64,000 bases of DNA from Hyaloraphidium curvatum SAG 235-1 (taxonomy: Eukaryota > Fungi > Monoblepharomycota): NCBI GenBank assembly GCA_025558095.1, contig JAIVFI010000013.1, positions 124,001 to 188,000 on the forward strand, written 5' to 3'. The notes under the pieces were generated by a model, which did not search any database, was not told where the DNA came from, and saw only the letters and a list, made by a program, of their open reading frames with translations. Positions within the stretch are counted from its first letter, which is position 1, and every line of letters begins with the position of its first letter. The position numbers and the translations under genes are program-made. Of this stretch, positions 23,813 to 35,569 are shown in pieces.

Positions 23813-25365
23813 AGGGGAAGGTGGGCGAGAACCGCAAAAGTCTTGGGCGGCGCCGCGATTACGGCGGCCCTGGCGGCCGAGCGGCCCAGCCGCCAGCACC
23901 GCTCATCCCTACGGACCGGCATTGGCGCGAGACAGTCCTCCAGCCTTTCCCTATTGCTGGCGGCCCTTGGCAGCTGCCCGTCCACGATAATGGCAGGCCC
24001 CGGTAGCAGAGGCGGAGGAGGTGTGATCGGGGCGGGTCAAATCTGGCGGCGATGGTCTGGGCTCGGTCCAGGCCAGGGCTCGCCCGCGCACCGATCCCCG
24101 CCAAGACGGTCGAAACAGCATCGGAGGAGCGGCGGGTCGCGGTTCAATGGTGTTTCGTGTTTCGCCCGATCGCGTTGGGATCATTGTCGGCGGCGCAGAG
24201 AGACGGGGGATGATACGACCACGACTGGCATCCGCAAAAGGAAGCTGACGACGAACGGAGGGCACACCCAAAATCACCGCCGCAGTGTAGCGGATCGGGG
24301 TCTTTGGTCACGTAGGAGGTGCTCGCGAACAGTATCAGATGCATCAAGTCGGGCGGGATGGGACCTCGACGTCGCTGGCTGGTGGAAAGCGCGAGGGCCC
24401 TCCAGTAGCTTTGCACGACATGCGAGCTCGAAGGCGTCCCGCACCAGGGGCCGGTAGGCGACAGCTGCGGCCAGCACTTCCGACACGGTGATGCCGAGGG
24501 CCGTCATGTCGGGGACCTGTCGCTCGGGGCCGGGAGGTGGAGGCCGGCGGACAATGCCAGCATCTTCGCTCGCAGGGGGACCTACGGATATCGGGGAGAT
24601 CGGCGAAGGTGTGGTGGTGCCACTTGCGAGTTTCTGTTCTGTTTCATGGCGTCGTCAGCTTGGGCAGCTTCATGCGTGCGTTCAGACTCTCGGATCGGAT
24701 GGGACCGCTTCACCCTCATAGAGCTTGGCAAGAACCCGATTGACTGGTCAAGCACATCATCCACTGAGCAGCAATAGGCCACTCTACGATAGAATGGATG
24801 CGATACCATCTTTTGAGCTTAAAATCTGGTTCTAGCTGTACCCGACGCGCCGCCAACGCAAGGTCAACCACGGTCTCTAGCGGCGCGCGGCCTCCGTCGA
24901 CAAGCACCGTCTGCCTCCCCTCGACGATTCTGACGGCCTGCCTCCCTCCCCTCCGATCCCGATCCGGCTGCACCAACCGCCCCTTGTGGACTGACAGCTG
25001 CTGGATCTGGACCTGCGGAACATGGCGAACCCGGGGAATAATCAGGTTAGTGCCCGTTCAACGTCGACCGGGGGGCCGCCGCCGCCAAGAGACCGCAAGG
25101 CGTCGGCTTCGGCTGGGAGTTGGCAGACCTCCCACTACTGGGTCTACGGGCTCAGGAGGTAATGCGATGACCTCGAGCAACGCGGCACTGCTCGCTTTGG
25201 GGCGCGTTGTTTTCTTCGCGCGCGGGCAGTCGGCAACGTGCTTCGGTTCTATGACAACGGGTGTGGACTTCAGCAAACACCCGCCAACTCCACCTTTTGA
25301 AGACCGCCAGTGCGCGCGAGCAAATTGACCGGGAAGCGGTCACGCGCCCGGCTCCATTGAGACCA

Positions 25366-26879
25366 ATGTCCCGCGACCCCGTAGAAGTTGCGGTCGACGT
25401 GCCGCCGCGCGATGCCAAGCAGTGCGGCCTGCTCTCGGATCGCGAGTGGCTCTGCCTTTTCCCGGCCGCGCCTCCGCCCCCGGCCCCCGACGCGACCGCG
25501 CTTGACCAGCCGAAAACGGAGGACCCGGCCGCAGAACTGCGCGCCGAGCGGCCGCTGACGCGTGCCGCGCTTGTCCGCGGCCTCGCCGGATTTCCGGCCG
25601 CCAAGGCGTTCGCCGCGGTGCAGATGGCCATCTCCCCGTTTGCCCACCGCATACCGGGGCCGGCAGGTCTTGCGCTACACGGCTCCATCATTCTGGCGAC
25701 CGTTGCGACCGCCGTGGCCAACTCAGTTGCGGGCACCTTTGGACCAGCACAGATGGCAGCCGGCGCTGCTGGGGTTATCTTGCTGCCGGTATCTCTGCTG
25801 TTGATGCTTCTGTACGTCGTCGCCACCGGCACTGGCATCTCCATGTTTGGGCTCCGCGGCCGCAACCGGTCGGCGCAAGCTCCTCCGGACAGGGACGTCG
25901 GAACCCACCCCCTGGCTATCATCGTGCGTTGGCTGGAGCTCCGCGAGACGGCCATGACGGAGCACTCGGCTTTGCTCGAGCATGATGCGACCGATGCCTT
26001 CTGCCCGTGCCCGGACCGAGCGTGCGCTGGTCAGCTTCCGAACACGGCGGGATGGTGGCGCTGGGGCCGACTCGCGTTTTCGTTTCTGTCTACGGCGGGC
26101 TGCTGGTTCTTCATTGTTTACACGGGATTTATCACCCTTGGCCCCGTCATGTGGCACGTGTGGTATGGCATCGCCGCCAATTTCGCCTGCATTATCGTCA
26201 TGAATGGATGGTTTCTCATCGCGCCCTTCATCCGCATTGCCGGCAGCATCCCTGCGGACCGACTTCGGCTACGACTCCGGCGCCGGGCCGCCGCTCTCTT
26301 TCTGCGGGGGCTCCTTGCTTCGTACCGTGGCTTATCTGCACGGGATCCGGTGTCGGAATCGAACGACGAGGCCAAGGCAGCCATCTTCACCCTTCACGCT
26401 GCGCTCGTCGCTGCGTGGGACCGCCGTGCTGCCGCCACGGCCGTGACCCTCTCGTACCTAGCGGCCGTCCTGATTCCAATCGTTCTCTCTGCGGTAATCA
26501 ACGTCTCGGTCGGTTACTGCGTGCCGGCGTATTCCTGGTCGTGTTCAACGTTCTCTGCGTCCTTGGCATGGACATGGCTGTCGCAGCGGCGGGGAACGAC
26601 GAGATCGAGGCCGTCGCCAGGCTCTACCTCCGGGCCGAGGCCGAGCTCCGGTCGATCGTCGTGCGCCGAGGCAGCCCGCCCGGGGCCGCGGAAGCCGCGG
26701 ACGCGCTGCTCTCGCTCAGCCGCGTTCGCGAGTCCAGGGTCAAGCTGGCGGGGATGTACGTGGACTACACGGTGATGAGGACGGTGCTGGTGACATCTTT
26801 CACCGTCGGGCTCGGCATTTGGACTCTGCTGAGGTCGATCGGCGTCGCGGTGACTCTCGACATTGCTTGCCAGACGTAG
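25366..26879 (+). pseudogene. 7-TM gustatory-receptor/7TMIC-like protein (copy 2), intronless, frameshift near 26533
   Basis: Shares SDxxWLxLFP, LLEHDxxDxxCPCPxxxCAG, LRLxxRA and AAxNxEI with copy 1. The frame changes after CVPAY; the C-terminus RVKLAGMYVDYTVMRTVLVTSFTVGLGIW lies in ORF 26007..26879. Could be an intact gene with a sequencing indel. Confidence 0.65.
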
Positions 26880-27018
26880 GATGACGTGGGCCGGACCACA
26901 ATTTGGCTGGAGCCTGCCGATCGTTGGGAAGTCAGCGCCTGTATGGTCAGCAGAACAAGGATGTTGATCAGTCTGCTGAAGACCCCTGCTGCTCGGCCGC
27001 ATTCGTTCGTCAAGATCG

Positions 27019-28266
27019 TCACTCCACCTCCTCCGAGCTCTCGCCCCCCTCCACCGCCCGCTTGCGCTTGCTCCCCGCCCTCTTCTCCTTCGTCACCCTG
27101 CTCTTCTCCTGCATCGCCTACATCGACGTCGACGGATGGTCACCTTCCGCGCACACCACGCGCGGCAGCAACCACGTACCGCCAGCCCCCACGGCCCCCC
27201 GTGCACCTGCCACGCCCGCAGCAGCACGTCCTCCACCGCGTAAAGGTGCTGCGTCATCTCGTGCTCGCTCCGCACGCTCCTGAACGTCACAGCCCGGAAC
27301 GGCAGCCCGTCCAGCCGCCCGCGGAGCACGTAGGCCTTCTCGCTCCGGCCCTTGTTCGTGCTCTCGCCCCGCGCGCGGGCCAGCGCACCGGCGCAGGTCG
27401 ACACAGCCTCCACCTGGCCGCCCGCGCATGCCAGAGCGTGTTTCCAGAGATCCGCGCGGCACCCCGCGCACAGCCTGGACGGCGCCTGCGGGTCGGCTTC
27501 GTCCATCCCGAAGAGGAGCTCCGAGTGCGGGTCGAAGGGGGCGGCAACGAGGTCCAGGAGGTACGCCGGCGCGGAGAGGGGGAGGATGTCGGTTTTCATG
27601 GGGAAGAGGTCGAGGCAGCCGAGGCAGAGCCGGGGCTGTGGGTCCCGCCGCGTCAGCGGTCCTTGCAGCCAGAACGGAAGCCCGCGGCCCGAGGACCCAC
27701 CCCGTACTTGGCCAGCACCTTCCAGCAATTCACGTCCCCCTTCTTCCTCCTCAGATCCTTGGGATCCACCCTGTCCGCGCGCCGCCGCTCCTTCTGCGCC
27801 CCGGGCGCCGGTGCCGGCTCCGCCGCGAGCGCCTCCAACGGCGCGCGCCACGGAGCGAGCTGCCCTATCTCGAGCCTCAGCGCAACGCAGGTGGACGAGA
27901 GGCGGACGATGGAGGGGAGGTGGGGCATGGAGATCCAGCTTTTCCGCGCGGAGATATGGTCAGCGCGCGGGAGGAGTCCGACACGTCAGCGGCGACCCAC
28001 TACAGCAGCCGCTCCAGGACCTTCTCCGGCAGTCCCGGCAGCTCCGTCCCGTCCAGAGCATGCTTCTCCGCCCGCTGTTGCTTCTCCTTGGGCTGGGCCG
28101 GCGGCGGTGCCGGTTCGGGGGAGGGCGACGCCTCCAAGGTGGCCTGCGACGGGAAGGGCGACGCCCAGAGCGGGCGGAGCTCGCGGGGCGCGGAGTAGGG
28201 CGCGACGGGCGGGCCGTGGAGGTAGGAGGCGGGGAGAGGGGTGATAAACGCCTGGTAGACGGACAT
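27019..28266 (-). CDS. F-box-like protein with Cys-rich middle and XPA-C-like C-terminal segment
   Basis: Spliced LPGLPEKVLERLLWISMPHLPSIVRLSSTC (F-box-like); CxxC pairs; AYVL...LDGLP...HLYAVEDV..RAWQVHGGPWGL. Three introns; ends EEVE*. Confidence 0.6.
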
Positions 28267-28499
28267 TTCTGCTTGTTGTTCGGGGGCCAGTCACCGCTTG
28301 TCCCGCCTCTCCCGGCCCGACCCGAGTCTCGCCATGAGCCATGGGCCACCAGCTGGACAGGAAATGCCACAGCAACGTTGAAAACCCACAAAATTGAGCA
28401 TACTTTGCTAGCATGGGCCAAACCCGACTTCGTCGGCCTTCAGTGTTCTCTCCCAAGAAGCCCCCTCTGGATGCCCTCCACGATCACCCCGTCGCGCCC

Positions 28500-29282
28500 T
28501 TACAGCACCCCCGTCTTGGACCCGAACAGCGACTTGACATACAGCACGTTCTTCACCGCCCACATGATCCAGCCGAAGTTGCCGTAGGCGGTGACGCTCG
28601 CCGGCCTCGCCGCCATCACCTTGAGCCACTGGCTCGCCAGCGGGTGCTTCCCGTCGTCCACGTCCAGGAGCCCCATGTCCTGCGGCCCGTTGACCTCGTG
28701 CAGCACCTGGATGTCCGCGATCGTCGGGCTGTCGGTGCCGCAGAGGTAGCCCGTCTCGCCCTCGGGCTTCCCGGCGGGGCGGGCGGCGCGGAGGCGGGCC
28801 TCGAGCGCGTCGACGACGGCGGGGATCTTTGCGCGGAGCTCGGCGGCCTTGTCCGCGCGGCGGTACAGCGCCACCTCGCGGGTGAGGCCGGTGGTCACGG
28901 GGCGGAGCTCGTCGCCGGACCACTTGAGCGCGTCGTCGACCTGCGCGCGCTTGTCGGCGTCGAGGGCGGCGTAGAAGAGCGCGGCCGAGGGGAAGGTCTG
29001 CGAGACGTAGCGCAGGATGTCTGCGCTCTCGGGCATGTACTTTCCGCCGTGGTTGATCACCGGGACCAGGCCCTCCTTGTTGATCGAGAGGAACGCGGGG
29101 GTCTTCTGCTCGCGCTTGCGCAGGTCGATGCGGACCAGCTTGGCGGGCACGTTGCCCTCGATGATCAGCTGGTACACGGCGCGGGAGGGCTGCGAGCCCT
29201 GGTCGAAGTAGAGCGTGAGCGTGTCGCCGCCGGCGGGCTCCCAGGCGGGGGGCAGCGCGGCGGATCCCTCGGAGGCGGCCAT
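28500..29282 (-). CDS. Glutathione S-transferase, theta-like
   Basis: SQPSRAV, INKEGLVPVI, ESADILRY, PTIADI. Confidence 0.9.
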   Translation of the reverse strand: MAASEGSAALPPAWEPAGGDTLTLYFDQGSQPSRAVYQLIIEGNVPAKLVRIDLRKREQKTPAFLSINKEGLVPVINHGGKYMPESADILRYVSQTFPSAALFYAALDADKRAQVDDALKWSGDELRPVTTGLTREVALYRRADKAAELRAKIPAVVDALEARLRAARPAGKPEGETGYLCGTDSPTIADIQVLHEVNGPQDMGLLDVDDGKHPLASQWLKVMAARPASVTAYGNFGWIMWAVKNVLYVKSLFGSKTGVL

Positions 29283-29505
29283 TGCGGGTTGGCGGAGGGC
29301 GGGCTGCGTCGGCGGGGCCTCTGCTCGGCGGTGGAGCGGTGGAAGTACCGGCGTCGGCTCGCGTTTCCGACTGGCGCAGCCATGCCCTAGCGATCGGTGT
29401 TGCGCGGATCGATCGCTTGGGTTAGCGGCTGGAAGGTCTAAGGTCGGCAGTACCGCGGAAAATCGCTTCAGGCTCCCCAGATATTGTTTCCTCTTCGGGG
29501 TGGAA

Positions 29506-30210
29506 ATGGAGGTGGACGAGGGCCCGCCCGCCCCGCACGGCGGCTACGCCATCTTCCTGGTCGGTGCGACGAAGCTGGCCGCGCACACGTCGGCGCTGGC
29601 GGCGTCCCCGGTGCTGGCAGCCGCGGTCGCCGCGGACCCGCACGCGACGCTCGCGCTCCCGCCGTGCTTCGGCCCGCCGGCGCTCGCGGCCCTCCTCGCG
29701 TTCCTGCACACGGGCGCGTACTCGCCGCCGTCGCCCGCCGCGCCGCACGCCGCGCACTTTGCCGCCGGCGCCGACCCGGCCGCGTGGGGCAGCTCGCCGC
29801 AGCAGGGCCTGACGCCCGAGCAGCAGAAGTCGAACAAGGCGCTGGGCTTCTCGCTGCCGCAGCTGGCGTCGCACGTGGCGAGCCCGCCGGCGCTGATCGA
29901 GCTGTTTGCGCTGTGCTCGGCCTACGGGGTCGAGCAGCTCAAGCCGGCAGTGGCAAAGGACGTGGTCGCCGTGCTGTCGCCCGACACGGCGGCGGAGATG
30001 CTGCGAAAGGCGCGCGAGTGCGCCGCCGTGGTGCCCCCCGAGTCGGGGTTCGGCGCGATCCTAGAGACCGTGGAGCGGTACATCAGGACCAAGATGGGAG
30101 CGGACCCCGAGGCGCTGCTGAACCCGCCACACGCAAACGGCGGCGCGGGCGAGGCGCAGACGGCAAAGAGGGAGATAAAGGAGATCAGGCGGAAGAGGGT
30201 CAAGGAGTGA
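29506..30210 (+). CDS. BTB/POZ-domain protein
   Basis: FLVGATKLAAHTSALAASPVLAA...ALAALLAFLHTGAY...LFALCSAYGVEQLK. Confidence 0.7.
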   Translation: MEVDEGPPAPHGGYAIFLVGATKLAAHTSALAASPVLAAAVAADPHATLALPPCFGPPALAALLAFLHTGAYSPPSPAAPHAAHFAAGADPAAWGSSPQQGLTPEQQKSNKALGFSLPQLASHVASPPALIELFALCSAYGVEQLKPAVAKDVVAVLSPDTAAEMLRKARECAAVVPPESGFGAILETVERYIRTKMGADPEALLNPPHANGGAGEAQTAKREIKEIRRKRVKE

Positions 30211-30368
30211 GGAGGCGATGGGGGGACGGTCGGCGGGACCTGAGCGGCGGCCAGAAGCCCAAAGGCAGACGACCTTGCGGACCGTTTGCTCCTGTAGGCT
30301 CGGACGCGCCGGATCTATACCACGTATTTTTGACCGACGAACGGCGCCACAAACCCGGAGCACGGCGC

Positions 30369-31206
30369 CTACATCTTGGCCGCGACCTCCCCCGGGATCA
30401 CCTCCCTCAGAAACTCCCAAATGTCCTTGACCTCCTCCTCCGACGCCGCATGCCCCAGCCCCCCGTATATCTTCATCCGCAGGTCGGTCCACCCCATCCC
30501 CTTGAGCGCCTTCTCGGTCCTCTCAGCCCCGTCCTTCACCGAGACCCTGTCGTCCTCGGTGCCGTGGCAGATGAGCGTCGGGCACCGCCTGTTGATGTCC
30601 GTCGCCACCTCGGGCAAATAGGAGGGCGTGAGGATGCCCCCCGAGAGGAGCATCAGCCCGCTGAGCTTGACCGAGGACGGGGAGGTCAGCGCGAGGAGGG
30701 TCGACATGGCGCAGCCCTGCGAGAAGCCGCCGAGGACGAGGCGGGTGCCCGCCGCATGGGCCTTGAGCAGCTCCGTGACTTGCCCGGCACGGTCAGCACC
30801 GCCCGCGGCACGGCGCGCCCGGGCGACCCACGCTGCCCGGCCATGCTCCGCATCCCCTCCTCCGCCCTCTTCTTGGCCTCCTCCGTCGCCTTGGGCCCCG
30901 CGAAATCGTACCACGCGTGGCTCATCTGCCCGCCGAACGCCGAGATGGGCCGGATGGGCGCGTGGGGGAGGACCCACTTGACGTGCGGCAGGTGCGGGGC
31001 GAGGGCGTCGGCGAGGAACTCCCAGCCCATGCCTGTTCCGGGGGCGGGGCGGGAAGGAAAGGGTCGGTGGGGACCGCGGGGAAGGGGAGAGGACGCGTAC
31101 CGGTGTCGCCGAAGCCGTGCAGGAAGACCACCGTCGCCGTGTGCGGCGCCGAGGGCTCCACCGTGAGCATGCGTAGCGGGCTGCCGGGCGCGTACTTGGA
31201 GGCCAT
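30369..31206 (-). CDS. Acyl-protein thioesterase 1 / phospholipase-carboxylesterase, ends -AKM
   Basis: ATVVFLHGFGDTG, WVLPHAP, HAWYD, GGFSQG, CHGTEDD, GLGH. Two introns. Confidence 0.9.
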
Positions 31207-31666
31207 CGCGGCGGGACGAATGGGATAGCGCGGGGAGACGCGGTGGAAGTTGGCAGTCGCGGGAGGCGATCGGCCCGACGGCGCTCTCGTCGCATCGGCT
31301 TTGCCCTGGACTCGGGAGAAAGAGAGGGAGCGGTCGACGTGAGCAAGACCATTGTAATTCGAGCACGTCTTCCATCCCTTCGCGGTCCGCGATCCGCTGA
31401 TCGGTGCGGCAGTGGGTATTGCCTTGATGCGGCTTGGAACCCGCGGTCGAATCGGCGGCAGCCATAGTATGCAGGCCTGAGCAACCCGAAGCAACGGGAC
31501 GGAGAAGCACCGAGCAATCTGCAGCTCCGCGGGACTCTTGTGCCCAGATGTATCTGGGCTTCGCCGCTGTGGGCCGCCGCCGGTGGAGTGGCAAGAGAGT
31601 GCATGAGGGACGTCGGATCCCCTCATTCCGAGTCATACTTCGACAACCGCCATTCTCTCGCAAAAC

Positions 31667-32725
31667 ATGACTCGCTCTCACTTCTACCTCTTCGCTCTCT
31701 GCCTTGCGTCCCTCACGCTGCACGCCGCGGCCGTCGGCGGCCCCCTGGGCTCCGCCTGCACGCAGTCCGCCCCCGACGAGTGCCAGTCCGTCTGCTGCTT
31801 CCAGGGCACCTGCAGCACCTGGGACAAGTGCTTCCCCGCGCCGCAGCCCGGCCCACCCGGCGCCCCCTGCGAGGCGGGCTCCGGCTGCGGCTCCGGGTGC
31901 TGCCACGAGGGCACCTGTCACGACGCCGTCATCTGCTTCGGACGGGACCCCGCAACGACCTTCGCCCGGGACGCCTCCGAAGCCGTCCTGGAACCTCAGC
32001 CGGACCAGGCCATTGCGGCCGAGTACCCCCTGCAGCTCACTTTGAAGGACGCCGAGCCCTTCATGCACGCCTTTGCGGCGCAGGAGAACGGCCCCGATTC
32101 CGTCTCCCGCGTGCCCGCTTCCGAAGGCCAGGGCCCCGTCTCGTGGCTGCCCGACGGCCCGGCCGTCGCGGCGGCGCTGGTCGCCGCGCACGGGGAAGGA
32201 CAGGGCTCGCTGCTCCTCGAACTGGCCGGCCACCGCGCCAACGGCACCGGGTCGACCTTTGCCGCGCGGTTCGCGGACCGCTCGCAAGCCGACGAGCCCT
32301 TCGGTGGCCTCGCGGCGCTCCCGGGACTGGCTCCCGCCGTCAACACCACTCTGGTCTCCCCCACGCTCTACCTCAAGAACTGCCCCGACAACCAGGTCTT
32401 TGCGTGCTGCGCCGGCGAGTGCAACCGCGAGGGCTGCACCGTCAAGCGCCAGATGTCCTACGTCCACTGCCCTACCAACGCGATCGGATACGTCACGGGC
32501 GGTTCCTGCTGGGACAACAGGGGCGGCTGCGTGGCGTGCAGGGACGGCGAGCTCACGGACGCGTGCAACGCAAAGTACCCCGAGTGCAACGGCGCGTGCC
32601 GCAATTCCTGGGTGTCGATGGCGCCGCCGTACAGGATGTGCTGTCCGAACTTCCCGAGCACGTGCGACTCGGACTGCCCGAGGCTGCACAACCTGGACTC
32701 GAGGTGCGCGAGGTGCAAGGGATGA
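31667..32725 (+). CDS. Secreted Cys-rich protein (two N-terminal CC repeats, C-terminal Cys-rich domain)
   Basis: Signal peptide; 2 x GxxC..C-x3-CC-xx-G-x-C-x5-CF; a second Cys-rich C-terminal region. Single ORF. Confidence 0.75.
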   Translation: MTRSHFYLFALCLASLTLHAAAVGGPLGSACTQSAPDECQSVCCFQGTCSTWDKCFPAPQPGPPGAPCEAGSGCGSGCCHEGTCHDAVICFGRDPATTFARDASEAVLEPQPDQAIAAEYPLQLTLKDAEPFMHAFAAQENGPDSVSRVPASEGQGPVSWLPDGPAVAAALVAAHGEGQGSLLLELAGHRANGTGSTFAARFADRSQADEPFGGLAALPGLAPAVNTTLVSPTLYLKNCPDNQVFACCAGECNREGCTVKRQMSYVHCPTNAIGYVTGGSCWDNRGGCVACRDGELTDACNAKYPECNGACRNSWVSMAPPYRMCCPNFPSTCDSDCPRLHNLDSRCARCKG

Positions 32726-32849
32726 TTAGGGAGAGGAGCTGTATATATGGTTGCAATGGGGTAAGAGGGAGTAAGTTGCGGTTTCGTTTCTTCAGCAACA
32801 TGATGCCTGGCCAAGCTTGACGTGCATGCACTGCTCGTCCCCCGCCCCC

Positions 32850-35300
32850 TTAAGCCCCGTTCGCTCCATAGCAGACCCCGTACGGATTGCAGAGCCCGTC
32901 GAAGCAGCACTGGTCGGCTCGGTTCAGCATTTGCAGCCCCGTACATTCCGCGCCGGAAACGGAAACCCACCTCCGAAGCGCACTCCGCCCCCGATGCGGA
33001 GCACCGAGCACCGAGCGGCTTCCGCGCGGCGCCGAAGCACGACTCGGTCGGAGCGCAGGCGCCATCGATGCAGCACCCGGTCGAGCACTGCAAGGGGTGG
33101 CTCGCGCCGCAGGCGGCACCGACGTCGCCGCCGGGGAAGCACGACGCGTACGGCGCGCAGGCCCCGTCCAGGCACTGCGGATCGCGCGGGATCGAGGATG
33201 AGCGGGGAGCACTCCCCGGCGGGCGTTCGACCCACGCATCCGGTTTCGGGGCACTGCCCGATCGACGACGAAGTGCAGGTCCTGGATCCTCCGGCCCACG
33301 GGCAGTCCATGCCCGCGTTGCATATCCGGCCATCCTCGGTGCTGCGCATAACGACGTCTTGGCGGATGCAGTCCATGACGGCATCGTCCAGCCGCGATAG
33401 CAGGATGCTCTCTTGGCCGCTCAGAGCCGGAGGGGGCTTCCCACGCACGGCAAAGGGGTCAGCGTGAAGGACCGGAGAAATAAGTGCCGCAACAAACCTT
33501 GAGCAACGCGTCACCTCCCGAGGCGAGGAAATCAATGGTGAGCAGGCTGTAGTTCGCGGCGGGATCGATCGCCTCCCATCCCGTGTGTACACCCGACCGG
33601 CCCTGCTCGGCGATCTGGGCCTGCGTCACCCTCTTTCCGACCGGCAGCCGGTCGTCGAACCGAAAGCGCACACCGGAGACCTGCGCAAAGGCCTTGGGGA
33701 CGTTCTTCGGGGGGCTGTAGAAGTCGTTGGTGACGTTTGGCCCCGTCGCGACAACCTCGAGCGTTTCCAGGATCTGCCGGCCGGTGTACGTTGCGCGGAC
33801 CAGGTAGTTGGCAAAGGGGAGCAGGGAGAGGATCGTGCCGACGGTGACGTTGCCTGGATCGACGGAGCTTCTCCGTCAGTTGCTTCGGCTCCCTCGTCGG
33901 CCAGTCCCTGTTGACCTCACCCTGCGGTACGTCCACCCGAAACACGCCCGAGTTGAGGATCGCCAGCCTCGACGCGGGCACGGTGCGCATCATGCAGTCG
34001 GCGACGTAGTTGCCGATCGCACAGTCGCGCGAGAAGCAGTTGTCCCGGACAAAGCCCCGTTCCGCAGTTCCAAGCACTTCTGCCGAGAGCTCGTCGAACG
34101 GCTTGCGCCATTCACGGACCTTTGCCTGGGGAAGGTTTCAGGCAGTGGGCAGGAGGCACGACGGGAGTTGGATTAAACGCACCTGGAGCACGGGGTCTTG
34201 CGGGATGCTTTGGTCCAGTAGAACAGGAGCGCCCGCGACTCCGAGCACATCGCAGTTCTCGTCGACGTCGACGTCGATCACCCCCATGTACTTGCCCGCC
34301 CACATCGCCTGGACTATGAAGGCTTGCTTGCCGTCCAGGTTCTTTTCGATGGTCGGATAAGGCCCGCCGACGGGGTCTTTGGTTGCCGCAGAGCCATTGC
34401 CGAGGAGAAGTGTGTGTGAGTGCCCGCCGATGACGACCTGCGCTCCCGACAGCTGCGCAACCATGGATTTGTCGGCCGCATAACCGATCTGACGCCCGGG
34501 AAGCAAGTGGTATCATTTGCTAATAAAGACCTGTGGCCCCCAGAAACACTCACATGGGAGACGACGACTATGCAGCTGATGTTCCGGGCCCGCAGCTCGT
34601 CAATAGCCTTCTGCACCGCGGGAAACACGCCAGAGAACGAAACGTTTGGTCCCGAGTTGGAAATGTCGGCGGTTTCGGGCGGGCTGATCCCGACGATTCC
34701 GATCTGCAGCGTGCTGTTGGCAGGCTTCACGACGGCGGAAGGTTTGACGTGCTGCCCTATGGACGGATCCTTGAAGGCAACGTTCGCTGCCACCGCGGAA
34801 GATCGGGCGAGCCGCAGCATGGGCGCAAGGCCTTCCGGGCCGTCGTCAAAGTCGTGGTTGCCAAGGGTGACGGTATCGACGCCGAGCTCGTTGAGGATTT
34901 CGGCAGTGATATTCATCCCGTGCTTCTTCCAGTAAGTATAGAATAGCGTCCCCTGGTACTCGTCTCCGGCGTCCACCAGAAGGAAAGGCTGTCCGCGAGC
35001 TGCGGCCTCGGTCCGGAGCCGGTCGACCACCGTCTTCTGGCGGGCGACGCCGCCGAAACAGCTCCCGGAGGCGCGGTCCGAGTCTATACAGTCCGTAAAG
35101 AAGGCATTGAACTCGTCGTAGTGCGCGTGCACGTCGTTGACGTGCGCGATGCGGAAGCTTGCGGCAGGGGAAGTTTGCCGCCGTTCGGCACGGCGGGGAA
35201 ACGGACCGGCCGCCGCAGGCCGGGCAAGAAAGAGGAGCAGAAGCAGATAGAGCGCTGTTCGGGCCGCTCCGGCCCGCGATTGGCCCCCGTCGTCCACCAT
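32850..35300 (-). CDS. Secreted 5'-nucleotidase/apyrase with C-terminal Cys-rich CC repeats
   Basis: IAHVNDVHAH, DAGDEYQG, LGNHDFD, VIGGHSHT, NSGVFR, QVSG. Several introns. An intron after ETGC joins CLDGACAP..., and the last exon is CCFDGLCNPYGVCYGANGA*. Confidence 0.85.
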
Positions 35301-35569
35301 GATTTCGGTCTCAACACCGCCACTTCGAGTCACCCGACCCCCCGACCCTCCACCCCGGATGCCGTAAGGTCCTTCGCCTTTACATTGGTTCGTCACTGTT
35401 TGCGGTTTGCACTGCACAGGGCGTAAGGCGAAAAAAAGCCACTGCCCGCACGCAGCACACCATGTTCGGCCGCCGCCCAAGTAAGGAGTGTTAGGGCACA
35501 TATGAGTCACACGGCGCGAGAGCAACAGCTCGATTCCTGACATACATGGATAATTCTCTATGGTTCGTT

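Noticed and set aside
24100-25300. Possible decayed element between the 7-TM paralogs (HVADCP resembles a zinc knuckle)
   Set aside because: The CCHC spacing is incomplete and no other gag/pol motifs are present.
27019-27060. Suspected frameshift in the G-run at the end of the F-box-like gene
   Set aside because: Recounting gives six G, which keeps the frame to EGGESSEEVE*.
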